Shown in pieces: positions 12,953-24,366 of a stretch of DNA of 64,000 nt (the stretch's first letter is position 1; every line of letters begins with the position of its first letter). The position numbers were made by a program, and so were the translations under genes. The DNA lies in NCBI GenBank assembly GCA_964247055.1, contig OZ176060.1, positions 1,674,001-1,738,000 on the forward strand, read 5' to 3'. The DNA is from Paragordius varius. Its lineage: Eukaryota > Animalia > Nematomorpha. Under the pieces are notes generated by a model. The model did not search any database. It worked only from the letters and a program-made list of their open reading frames with translations, and had not been told where the DNA came from.

Positions 12953-13060
12953 TTACAATGAGATATTGGTGTATTTGCATCCAAGATTAAACATATAGCG
13001 ATATCCGACATTTCGATCCTGTTGCTCCACAAACATAACATTATGGGCCTCTTCATTTTT
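12953..13060 (-). CDS. ZP-N repeat 2, second exon (KNEEAHNVMFVEQQDRNVGYRYMFNLGCKYTNISL*)
   Basis: Acceptor gtttttttatag|AAA in phase 0; carries the fourth Cys; either stops at TAA (12953) or splices at TT|gtaatc (12957). Confidence 0.8.
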   Translation of the reverse strand, partial: KNEEAHNVMFVEQQDRNVGYRYMFNLGCKYTNISL

Positions 13061-13509
13061 CTATAAAAAAACATATAATGTTACTTGTCTAAAACCTATA
13101 ATAACTCACCCTGTTATAATTCCCGTTACATTGAATATTTAATTTAAACATTTCGGCAACGTGAGGCAAAGTAGGAGTAGCAGGGAAACTGCATGCCCCA
13201 CTAGCCATGATTTTGGGAGCCGAATACGAGAATTTTATATTTATAAATTGAAATTTATTTTCAGCCATCCTAACACGATTGATTTCCGTGTCGCATAGTA
13301 TATTTTTTTTAAAAAACGGTTAAGAATTTTTGTCATAGTTTTTATAAAAAGTTCTAATTTAGCATTAATCTCAAAATTTTTATGTAAAATACACACAAAG
13401 ACGGATTTTTTAAATTATTTTATATTTTTATTAATTAATGACAACAAAACTAGAACTTTACCATGACCCAAAGGCTAAAATTTTTATCAAATACTATTTC
13501 AATTCAAGA

Positions 13510-13625
13510 GTGTCTTTGTACACTTCAAATTGCACTTGAATATTTGAAGTTGGTTAATTTTTAAAGTTTCCTCCAACTTTTTTATTTTTTTCAAGGACAC
13601 TCTTGAAGTGCAAATGGTATATATT
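13510..13625 (+). repeat. Foldback-family fragment
   Basis: TTCAAGGACACTCTTGAAGTGCAAATGGTATATAT terminus, the same type as at 10545-10578. Confidence 0.6.
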
Positions 13626-13826
13626 TGCAATAATATAAAAAATATACAACAAGCAATATAATACAGCTCTAAAGGCATTTTAAATGTTGATTGAAGCGTT
13701 TTTGCAGTTTAGCCAACTCTTACAATTGTAAAATCAAAAAGATTCAGAAAATCTTAAATTAATATTAATAATGATATGATAATTGTATTTCTTACCAAAA
13801 ATACACTATATTAAATAATTTAATAC

Positions 13827-14029
13827 CACAATAGTCCCGCAAGATTCAAAATTGAAATTGACAACCGTCGTAGACTGATTCATAGGGTTTGTATTTGGCT
13901 GAAAAGTTTTGTTATTCATAACATAAAATTGACACATCCCGAATTCGGTTTGAGCATATATATGCCCTTCAAAATGTTGCCGAAAGTAAAGCGTTATTTC
14001 AAATTGGTGTCTTTCACATCTTGGTACAA
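13827..14029 (-). CDS. ZP-N repeat 2, first exon (xVPRCERHQFEITLYFRQHFEGHIYAQTEFGMCQFYVMNNKTFQPNTNPMNQSTTVVNFNFESCGTIV); absent from the ORF track
   Basis: ataaaacag| phase 1, GTG|gtatta phase 0; 203 nt open; FEGHIY closely resembles the cuticlin ZP-N FEGHVY motif; three Cys. Confidence 0.9.
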
Positions 14030-15009
14030 CTGTTTTATAAAAGGTGCCATGAAAAATTTAAAATAAATATAAATTGACATAATTTATCCATGTTAAAATA
14101 ATTTATGAAAACTAAAGTGAAAGTGATATTTAAATTTAAATTGAAAATACTTAAGCGATATCAAACCCGTTGACAAAAGTAATCTTAGATTAGTTTCGTG
14201 CTTGACTCAATACGACACATGTAGATTTTTGACAAATCAATTTTATATATAGTTGCAACTTTGCAATTTTAGTATAAATGCAGTAGTGAATGCGAATTAG
14301 TTTTCAAAATGATTTAGTAAATTAAACTCATTTGATAATTAGGTATGTATTAAACCTAGATTTTGAGTATAACTACTTAGAAATTTTTCAATAAGAAATT
14401 TAATAAAATATAATTTTTTGCAACGAGGCTTAAGTTGATACTGTATTATGGTAAATTAAGCACTTAAAATTTTTGGCACAAGTTTTAATCAGTAACAACC
14501 CTTTAAAATTGGCTAGTTATCCTAAAATAAGCTTAAAAAGGTGTTATGCAAATCTGAAAGATATACTTTATTTTTATATCATATTTTTCTGTGTTATATG
14601 CAAATGTGAAATACATACCTTGGTTATATATCATAACTTTCACCGTTATTTGAATTGTATTATTTTTTATATTTTTTGTGTTATATGTAAATATATAACC
14701 TTTGTTACTTGAAATTTTATTGTTATAATGCAAATCATGGACAGTTAAAATTGCTATATATACACCTTAGAAAACCAAATAAATAATTCAGTTCATTTCA
14801 CATTCCTTATATTATCTCTTTATCTTAAAAGATAACAAAAGGCCATTGCGAAACTTTTTATGAATGCTCGATCAGGAATAAATAATTAGCTTCATAAATT
14901 TTTGACTCCTAAAACTGAGCGAATAGCATACAGAATATATGGGGTTGTTAACTTTATATGGATCTTTGGCCGACGATACTAATTTAATAAAGAGCAGTTG
15001 AGTAAGTAA

Positions 15010-15350
15010 GCAAATTTCAAGCGTATGATCGAAATATTGATGTTAGAGTTAAAGGTAAGTTATATAGATTAGTTGTTCAACACACAATGATGTATAGACG
15101 TGGGGCGTCAAAAAATCCAATAAAAGACATTTTAACGTGGCTGAAATGAAAATGCTTAGAATGATGTGTGGTAACAAGAAAGGACAGAGTTAAAAATAAA
15201 TTTATTCGTGGGAGCACCGATGTTAAACCAATATGGAAACAATGTCAAAAAATAGGCTACAAGATTCTAATTATATTCTAAAAATAATAGATAGTCATAT
15301 AGTTGAGGGATAACGAGGTAATATGAGAAAGCAGAAGACGCTATAGATAG
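15010..15350 (+). mobile_element. Decayed RTE LINE, C-terminal fragment
   Basis: Translates to KGKLYRLVVQHTMMY and VAEMKMLRMMCG...KDRVKNKFIRG with frameshifts. Confidence 0.7.
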
Positions 15351-16139
15351 AGCTATATGGCGAAACAGGTTGTCTCACATGACATTCATGAGTGAAAACA
15401 TGTTAAGTAATAATTAAAAACAATAATACGAAAAATATTTTTAAACATATCTTCGGTATTAAATTTGCCAGAATACATCCATGGTATTAAAAATATCAAA
15501 TTATTAATTTAACTTATTAAACCATTTATTATCATTGCTATCTAATATTTTGATAATAATATTTATATTCTAATTGTACTTGACTAGCATAAAATCTAGT
15601 TTTTATCACATGAGAGTAATTTTATTTAAAAAAATTTTTCAGAACACCATGCACGAAGTTTTGTTCATCATTAAATTTCGGTGATTTTTTAATAGATACA
15701 AGTCATTTTCTTAAATTTGAAGACTAATTACAGCGGTATTAATTATAAAACAAAATCATTTACCCTTCACCATGTTCCAAAAATGTCATAAAATACATTC
15801 AGCAAAATTTCAAAATTTTAATTAAGAAAAACATAATATCTAAAATAATTTTTAGGTCATATTTGGGATTAAATTCGGCCATTTGACTTATGAAGTTTAC
15901 ATTAATAAAAGTACAAAATAGAAGTAGCTTTTACTCTAATTATGTATAACATTATGTGGGAAAAATGGGGATCATTAAATAAAACTTAATAAATAATATC
16001 GATGAATATAAAAATGATATATGTGATTAAAATACGAGAAAAAAATTATTTTAATTAATTTTTTTAGCCTTTATTTTTGAAAATCCTTCTTGGACCCAAA
16101 TGTAAAATCAATTTTGATAATGTTTTGCGTTTAGAAATT

Positions 16140-16780
16140 GACTTGTAAGCCAAGCCTGGCAAGTTGAGCAAGATTACTTAAGCCAGCAAGTGTACACTTG
16201 AAGATCGGTGATAAAAAAACACTTGAGTCAAATCTTTTACTTATGAGTATGACAGTTTTTTGCCACCCAATTCGAATTTTATGGAAACTTTTTTGATCAT
16301 TTTCAGCTAAAATCGAAATTTTACAATATTAATATTTATTTATTAATTTTAAGATTTCGAGAATCAAATTTTTATGCGGGTTCACGGAATTGATATATTT
16401 AACATATTTTTATATTCCATGTTTTTAAATATTAGCAGAGTTCTATTATTTTATCTCTTTTGTATCCACTCAATGAATAGGTAATTAGGCAAAATTTATT
16501 AAATTAACAATTTATATCATCAGCAAAGTTACATACAAAGCCTAAATTACATACATAAATAGTTTCTAAAATAATTTTATCCATATTTTAAAATCTGTCA
16601 AGTGTGCCCTACACCACACTTGCAAAATCTATAAGTTTTACTTAATCATATGATTTTTTATCACCTCCGAATCAAGTTTTCTTGCTTGACTTAAGTCGTG
16701 TATTTTTTTTATCACATGAAAGAAATCCACGACTTGAAAAACTTGCAAGTCAAGTCAAAAAAATTTTTTATCACCCCAAT
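16140..16780 (+). repeat. Interspersed repeat family C copy
   Basis: Matches 790-1650 and 34420-34600; rich in CTTG/CAAG; ends AAAATTTTTTATCACCCC. Confidence 0.65.
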
Positions 16781-16929
16781 ATTTCACTGCTTCATTGTTT
16801 TTTTTAATATATTTCATTAGATGACTGTTCAAATAAAGATCTATCACTTTAATTTGGACCTCAAACATTTCATTTGTAATTTAAATATTTTACGAATTTC
16901 GTTAATATACACTATGCATATTTCGCCAA

Positions 16930-17037
16930 CACAGTAAAGTATGGAAACAAAAAAATGTTTTAAATAAATAAAATAATGTAAGATTGGAAAAAATTGTTAA
17001 TTTAACAGTTTGTTGTGTTTTCCATACACTACTGTGC
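16930..17037. mobile_element. Small MITE-like inverted repeat
   Basis: CACAGTAAAGTATGGAAAC ... TTTCCATACACTACTGTG. Confidence 0.45.
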
Positions 17038-17374
17038 TGCCAATTGACCAACTATGATGTGCAAAAGTCAGCATTAAAATATATGCTGATAAATAATCTG
17101 CTGTCAGAAATACTATGCTCACAATGAAAGTTATTTTTATATCTTGTTTTATATTATTAATAATCGTTTCATTGATTGGAAAAAAAATTTAAATGTTCGC
17201 TGAGGGTGAACACTCTCAGTTGTGTTAAGATATTGATTTTATTAACTAAGAATATTGAGAAATTGATTCGATTGAATTGCGATCAACTGGAAAAACAATA
17301 TCAGTCTGAGACAGGTTTACCTTATATATTTTAAATCAACAAAATTCAATAAAATAGATAATACAAAATTATAC

Positions 17375-17399
17375 CTCTGGGTCGACATGTACATGTTTC
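17375..17399 (-). CDS. Candidate 25-nt linker micro-exon (ETCTCRPR + first base of V)
   Basis: tttaatatag|GAA...AGA G|gtataa; phase 0 to 1, same length and phase as 5117-5141. Confidence 0.3.
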
Positions 17400-18301
17400 C
17401 TATATTAAATATATAAATTTTATATTAATTTTTATAAAAAAATAAAGCATTTAGATTTCAACAAAAACAATTTTAACTACATCCTCAACAATTTTGCCAT
17501 GGAGTTCTTAACGCAAAAGTTTAAATATTTTCTTAAATCTTTCGTGGCGTGTTTGTGCCAACTCAGATGAGTTTATAAATCGATAATATTAAAACCAAGT
17601 AATGTTGGTTAGGAGTAGTATATTTTATAAAAATGATAATGGAATTTACAATTCAAAATTGTATTATTCATTTAAATTTGCGAAGATATTTGGAAATTTT
17701 TATTATCACAAAGTAATAAATATGTATCCATTCATAACAAACAACTGTTAAAATAAATTAGAATTGAAAGTGTTAACATATTAAACGTCATTCATGTATA
17801 CAAAGTTTAGTCGTTTATATTCATGTATATAAATATTATAGACGCTGATTTACTTTATCTATATTAATCGACCATATGTAAATTAAAGATATTATTTATT
17901 TATTAACTCGTTTTATATAAAATAAACATTATTTTGAAACCAAAGGTGACCAAATACAAAATAAATTATAAAATTTTAAGTGAACGTTTTTGAGATTTAA
18001 ATGATATTATCAAATTATTTCTTTCACCTATTTTGAAAATACCTGATTACATAAGATACATGGGTGAAATGTTATTTGAACTTTAAATGTAATTTCATTT
18101 ATGCTAAAAATTATATTAGCATACTTTTTTTAAAATTTTCAGAAAAAAATATACCTGAGTTATTTATTTTAAATTTATTAGTTAAATTTTGATATATTAA
18201 TTAATATCTAACTAAGTTGCTATATTATGGTGAAAGTAATAAATATTATAATATAAATTTTTCCAATACATTACTAATAATGATTAATATACATATCTAA
18301 C

Positions 18302-18445
18302 CGGAAATAAGGATTCCAAATAAGACTGACTCGGAATTTCACCAATTTTTGATTTTTTTTCAACGATGCATGCCAGATCAAAATTAGTAAACGTTTTCTC
18401 GTTTTCATGAGCGACTGTGAGATTCGCAACTATAAGGTTCCCCTT
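18302..18445 (-). CDS. ZP-N repeat 1, second exon (KGNLIVANLTVAHENEKTFTNFDLACIVEKKSKIGEIPSQSYLESLFP)
   Basis: gcatgtatag|AAG phase 0; carries the fourth Cys. The 3' end is uncertain: phase-0 donor at 18302, or phase-1 donors at 18331 or 18343. Confidence 0.75.
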
Positions 18446-18753
18446 CTATACATGCATTAAATATTATACTCTAAATTTGAGTAAATGTAAAAAATTGACT
18501 ATGTTAATTTTATAAAATTGTCACTATTATGTATAATAAAAAATATTATAAAATTTGCGTTTATATAGTTTTGGAATATTGTAGATATGGAGTATTTTAC
18601 TAAACAATTTTTTAAACAGAAACACACAAATGATCTTTATTTAATTTATAATTGTCTTTATCCTATTTCAACTAGGGCCTCCCAGAGACACGATGTGAAA
18701 AAATCTTAAAAGACTAATCTTTAAACATAACTGCCAAAAGAGATAAATGCTCA

Positions 18754-19351
18754 CAGACAATGCTGTCTTGTAAAGCATGCAAAACAAATGTTAAACAAAA
18801 TGGAGTAGATGCATCTTTGTTTCAGATTAGGTCATGGAGTCACGACATAGTATAAGAAAAAAGGGGTAGGTTATAGTAGGTACTGATTATAAATGTCCCG
18901 TTATTGATTTACGTTTAAGAGTTCGCAATTCGGCCTACGGTATCGAATGTTTAAATTAATCCACAAAACATAGATTATTTTAATTCCAATACTTATTACT
19001 TATCTATATGTTTATAAAGCTCACATTTCGTCATCTTCCTTAAGGCTATTGAAAAGCCTAGTCATCATATGAGCTACTATTTTTTGGATACCTTCACAAA
19101 AGCTCGTGACCTTAGGTTGATTTAAAAGCGATATTTCGCTTACTTTAGGTAGCCCTTCAAAAATTTCGGTAAAACAAATGATGTATATTAATCTGTGGAC
19201 ATTACTAATTAAAATTAAACCAACTTTCTCAAATGCATAGGTACTCTATCTACACTTGTACTGCAAAAAACTGATTTTTCCTAAATTACCAAAGCCGTCT
19301 ATAATAAAAAGCCGATGAATAATAACTATTCTGCACTTATCAACTCTTGTC
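18754..19351 (-). repeat. 598-bp inverted duplication, copy 2 (intronic)
   Basis: Reverse complement of 2917-3513. Confidence 0.95.
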
Positions 19352-19490
19352 GTATAAGATTATCTATAACAAAAAATATTTTGGAGGTTTTAACTATATG
19401 GTTTACAGAAAAGCTGAATAGACCTTCATATATATATATTTATATATTCAAAAAATTAAATTATTAATTAATAATCCAATAATATGATAC

Positions 19491-19678
19491 TTTATATGTA
19501 AAACATTTTCCAACTCTATATGACAATTTATATTCCTTGTTGTTCTTTAATTGATTGCGTTTAAAACAGGAATCTTCTCCTATATTTTTCGTGCTGTTTT
19601 TGGGTCGTATGAACCCAAGAAAGGGTTGAAGAAAAGTAAAAGTTATATTGATTTCGTTTTCTGTACAATCCATAAAAT
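19491..19678 (-). CDS. ZP-N repeat 1, first exon (xFMDCTENEINITFTFLQPFLGFIRPKNSTKNIGEDSCFKRNQLKNNKEYKLSYRVGKCFTYK)
   Basis: ttattatttag| phase 1, AAA|gtatca phase 0; 188 nt; three Cys and a P-F-x-G-x-I motif. Confidence 0.85.
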
Positions 19679-19737
19679 CTAAATAATAAATATTACTAAG
19701 AATTATTTTCCCAAACAATTATTTTATATATAGATAC

Positions 19738-19795
19738 TAGTAGAAAGTATAAAGATGCTGGGATTGTTTAGGGTCTTAAGAATTGCAAAACTCCG
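19738..19795 (-). CDS. Candidate linker exon (RSFAILKTLNNPSIFILST)
   Basis: atatag|CGG phase 0, ACT A|gtatct phase 1; implies a 59-nt intron before the ZP-N repeat 1 exon. Confidence 0.33.
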
Positions 19796-20127
19796 CTATA
19801 TTATATTATAAACAATTATGAAAATGAAAATGCGAAAATACTAATTGTGAAATACTAGTCACTAGTATTCGCGCAGTAATTTCGTGCTGTGCACTGATCA
19901 TTACGACACATATTTGATTAGAGTTTTGACAATTTATATGTCCAACTTAATGTCGGTAATACGATAATGTAATTAAAAGTTAGGATATCAGATTGAAAAT
20001 TTATAAACACTAAGTTCCCAAGATTTCTAGAATAACTAGTGTACATATTTAAATTCGCCATTTAATTTTCTAATTTTAATTAAATGTAACATTTCGTCCG
20101 AATGCATTTATAGCATTGCAATGGTTA

Positions 20128-20620
20128 ATATATATATACCATTTACAATTCTAATTTACCCTTAAACAATTCAATTCACCCTTAAACAATTCAAATTCAC
20201 CCTTGAACAATTCAAATTCACCCTTAAACAATTCAAATTCACCCTTAAACAATTCAAATTCACCCTTGAACAATTCAAATTCACCCTTGAACAATTCAAA
20301 TTCACCCTTGAACAATTCAAATTCACCGTCATATAAAATATATGTTTTTTAAGATTAAAAATTACCAATAATCTTATATATTTTTAAAAAATAAAAATTT
20401 TGTTTTAAATTAAAATAATATTGAAAAAATAATAAACTATGCCATATAGATATATTTCATATAAATAATGAGTTATATTAATTCAAAAACTCAAAATTTA
20501 TTTTTAGGGTGAATTTAAATTGTTCAAGGGCGAATTTGAATTGTTCGAGGGTGAATTTGAATTGTTCGAGGGTTTTAAATTGTTCAAGGGTGATTTTGAA
20601 CTGTACATGGTATATATATA
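20128..20620. mobile_element. Foldback-type element: inverted arms made of 21-bp tandem repeats (unit CCCTTGAACAATTCAAATTCA)
   Basis: Left terminus TATATACCATTT plus about 8 units; AT-rich spacer; about 5 inverted units plus ATGGTATATATA. Confidence 0.85.
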
Positions 20621-21107
20621 TGTCATACCCCAAATTTAATGTGTCGTATTGATTAGTCACGCACCATAGTCTACAATTACAATTAACTTAGAGTCGCATA
20701 TATTACTTTGTATTTTCAGTAATTCAAGATTTGTTACCATTTTCAGGTTATATTTTTTAATAATTCCACAGAGTTTAACAATGTTTTACTATACACTATT
20801 GTATATATTAACCTGAGTTTCATTATCCTTGAGATTAGAAGATTAACTATAGTAATGCCTAAGAGCCAAAATGGTTATCTGCTAAATCATAACAATATCA
20901 AATTCTTAGCATCTTTACTCATAACATTAAATTTTTCAAAGTCTGGAAGTAGGTATCAAAAATTCTTAGTTAAATGAACAAAAATTAAGTATTTATTACT
21001 GACTTTAAAAAGTATTTTTATAATATGATATTTTATTTTTATGTCCAAATAGCTTAATTACTTAAAATCTATCATTTAACTTTTTTAGGACGGTTTTTTA
21101 AACAAAT

Positions 21108-21358
21108 ACAGTAACAATTGTTCTACGGATAAAATGTAAAAATATAAAGACAAATATCTTTTAACCATACCTTTTTAAACCATAATATTTTCTACACACT
21201 GCATTTACATTTACATTTTGAATTTATAAATGACTATGTTACCAATATCAGTATTTTTTTACGGCTAAAATAGGTATTAAAAATCAAGTTTAAAAATGTA
21301 TGGTTGGCTTTTAAAAAATTATTTGTCTTTATATTTTTACGTTTTGTCCGTATTACTG
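21108..21358. mobile_element. MITE (CAGTAA...TTACTG termini, about 60-bp imperfect arms)
   Basis: ACGGATAAAATGTAAAAATATAAAGACAAATA at 21125 pairs with TATTTGTCTTTATATTTTTACGTTTTGTCCGT at about 21320-21352. Confidence 0.6.
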
Positions 21359-22430
21359 GATATATTTTGTCTTTGGGCTTTATTTTGTATTTTTAGTTCT
21401 TTACGTCAAATAGTAAAAATATTTACTATAGGACATTAGAATACATTATTCATTTAAATATCACAGGTGCTAAATGGGTCAAAGTTAAGTATACCTAATT
21501 TTTTGGGGGAAAGCTGACTAAGTTCATGAAAAAAAAATGTGGTCTTGCCAGACAAAGAGGGTGAACCATTAAAACTGATTTAAGACAGTCAATTATATTT
21601 TAACAATCTTCGGTATTTATTTTATTTAATCAAATATATAAATTCTTTTCAAACTTTTTTTTTTTAAAAAAGTAAACGCCTGAATTGAAAAAATGATTAG
21701 TTTAGAAATAATAAGTATAAAATTTTAATTACTATAGGAGATTTAAAATGAAATTTTACTGTATAACTTGTCCAAAAAGGTTAGGATGTTTCACATCACC
21801 TACTTTTTTATTCTAAAACATGTTGACCCATTCGGTACCTCAGAGAAATTATAAACTTTGGATAAATTAGAGAAAATTATATTTTTTATTAAAAATGGTT
21901 TATAATTCATAAATATGGATTTTTAATTTATTATATGATTAAAGCAGCATAATTTCTACAAATTTTAGTAGATAGTTGAACAAAGCGTGTTCGTAAAAAA
22001 AGTGATTTTTCATTTTAGTTACACAATCTTCATGGAAAAATTGGGACTTTTAGCGTTTCCTAAAAGCATTAACTGCTTATAATTCTTTTATTATCCTTAT
22101 CTGCAACCTACACCCGATTTTTTAGGATTAAAGCTGGTGTTTTAATAAAATTTGATAATTATATAAAAAACATAATATACATAAAATATAATCTTGATGA
22201 AATATATATTTTGATAGATTAATATATAAGATTCTGCTGCTTTTAGTTTTGGCTTTTAAGAGTGATTAAAAAGGCTATATATATTTTTGCCGTTTCTATA
22301 TCAGAAAATGACCACAGATGTGCTATTTCAAAAACCAAATGTTTCATTCCAAAAATATCACATAAACTATAATTAAATGACGAACAAAATTTTCATAAAA
22401 ATTTTTAAATTTTTTTTTTAATTTTGATTC

Positions 22431-23022
22431 ATATATACCATTTGCAATTCAAGAGTGTCCTTGAACAATTCAAGTTGGTCTTTGAACATTTCAAGTTGGT
22501 CCTTGAACACTTCAAGTTGGTCCTTAAAATTAATAAATTTTGATTTAACCATAATTTTTGCATTTATTTTTTTATTTTATTATTTTTAACCTAATTTTAT
22601 TTATTTATTATATATTTATTCATTTCAATATCGAAATTTTTATTCAAAAATCAGTTTTTTATTTCAAACTAATTTATTTCCAATTTTACAAAATTATTAC
22701 CTTTAAATGTTTTTAATGAAAAATTGAAAATAATAACCCAGATAACTTATATATTTAGGTTTAAAAATCTTATAAATATCCAAGTTAAGATAGTAATTAA
22801 GATATACGGTTTCTCAATGATTAAAAGATAATATTGATTTAGAATTTATGTTAAATATAGAAAATAGGTTAAAACGATAAAATAGATGAATGATTTTGGA
22901 TTTTATTGATAAAAGTTAATAACAAAACAAAAAATGCAAAGGACCAACTTGATATGTATAAGGACCAACTAGAAATGTTCAAGGACCAACTTGAACTTTT
23001 TAAGGACAAACAAATGGTATAT
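22431..23022. mobile_element. Foldback-type element: inverted arms of the GGACCAACTTGAA 21-mer
   Basis: ATATATACCATTTGC + 3-4 units ... 3-4 inverted units + CAAATGGTATAT. Confidence 0.85.
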
Positions 23023-24099
23023 GTGGTCCGAAAGTCCCAACTTTTTACGTACTTCCAAAATAGGCTAGTTTTCTTAAAAATGCAAAAAGGCCGAGATTGC
23101 GTTATAGATATTATATATGCTAATTTTTGACATCAAAAGAATATCCCGAAAAAATGGATATTTTGCTATTAATTTTAACCAAAATTTTGGTGAACGAGTT
23201 TTATTATATTTTGATACATGGATGAAAAGGTATAAAAACGATTTAAGATATTAAAAAAATTATTTTTATATAATTAGATTGCTCATTATTTCTTTGTCAC
23301 CAGAATTATAAATTTTCTTTAAATTTTATGATAAATTTGGCAATCTAAACGAACAAATTTTATGTAGAAATTCTATAAAGAAATGTAGAGCGTCCGAATT
23401 TTAAAGCTTTTTTTACCGTTTCTACGATGCCTACATATAGGCTAAGATAGATTCATTTTGCTAAAAATTAAATTTTTAAACAAAGTATGCATTTAAAAAT
23501 AATTTTGTTTTATATTTTGATCTTAGTGGATATTCAAAAAACTTTTTTGATATTTACACATTTTATTCAAAAAACAAGCATAATTTAACATTATTTTCGA
23601 ATGATAATAAGGAGCTAGTTTTTCATAAAATCTGATTGTTTTTAAGTTAGTTTTACATGAACAAAATATGGTCTGTATCACAATGGGCTACTTATTTTTT
23701 GGTGATGTCTTATTTTAGTTAAACCGCTACGCATGAATACACTTGCTACATCGATACTAATTAAATTAATTTTATATATCATAAATACACCTGTTAAGCT
23801 AAAATATATTATCAAAATTAAATTAGAAATTAGGTTATTTAAAAACTTGTTCACAAATATTTTTAAATATAGTAATGGTGAAAGAATGGGAATATTTGTT
23901 TTGTTTATCTTTGTGTAATTATATAAAATTTTGAAGGCCATTTTAGGATATAATGTAGCATCATTGTTTTCAATATTAATCCTTTATAAACGTTTTGTAT
24001 CGTTTGATTAGAGTGCTGATTATGTGTCCAGTTTTACGTGTTGTTCCAAATTTAAGATGCTAATCAATTAAAGACTTGAATTATCTTATAAACAATTAG

Positions 24100-24366
24100 T
24101 TACGAGAACAAGTGTTTAACTGCGAATGTCATTTTAAAATCAGATATAGAATGCCGACAAACTGGATTTTAGAACCAATCAACCTACCTCCGTTCAAAGC
24201 CGGATATACAACTATTCAATCGTCAATCCAAATTAGTAATATTTTCCCAATGAAAGCAAGGCTTCCATACTGGATAGAGACCATTACATGGCAAAATAGA
24301 GATATTAAACAGATGACACAGCATTCAAATAAATTCCCAAGAAATTGGTTAAATGAAACCGGATAA
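24100..24366 (+). CDS. Candidate plus-strand terminal exon, unknown product (LREQVFNCECHFKIRYRMPTNWILEPINLPPFKAG...NWLNETG*)
   Basis: 89 codons open, more GC-rich than its flanks, begins right after aacaattag|. No family recognised. Confidence 0.3.
   Translation, partial: LREQVFNCECHFKIRYRMPTNWILEPINLPPFKAGYTTIQSSIQISNIFPMKARLPYWIETITWQNRDIKQMTQHSNKFPRNWLNETG

Noticed and set aside
18700-18850. Functional PHD-like ORF at the edge of the inverted duplication (SCKACKTNVKQN...RSWSH)
   Set aside because: Only a faint resemblance to the LINE PHD insert; several Cys are missing and a stop follows, so at most a decayed remnant.
22906-23130. Coiled-coil protein with KDQLE(L/M)F heptads (also the VNLNCSR and LEQFKFT ORFs at 20.2-20.7 kb)
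   Set aside because: These are translations of the 21-bp foldback repeats; 23-bp variants at 10.45-10.52 kb break the frame.
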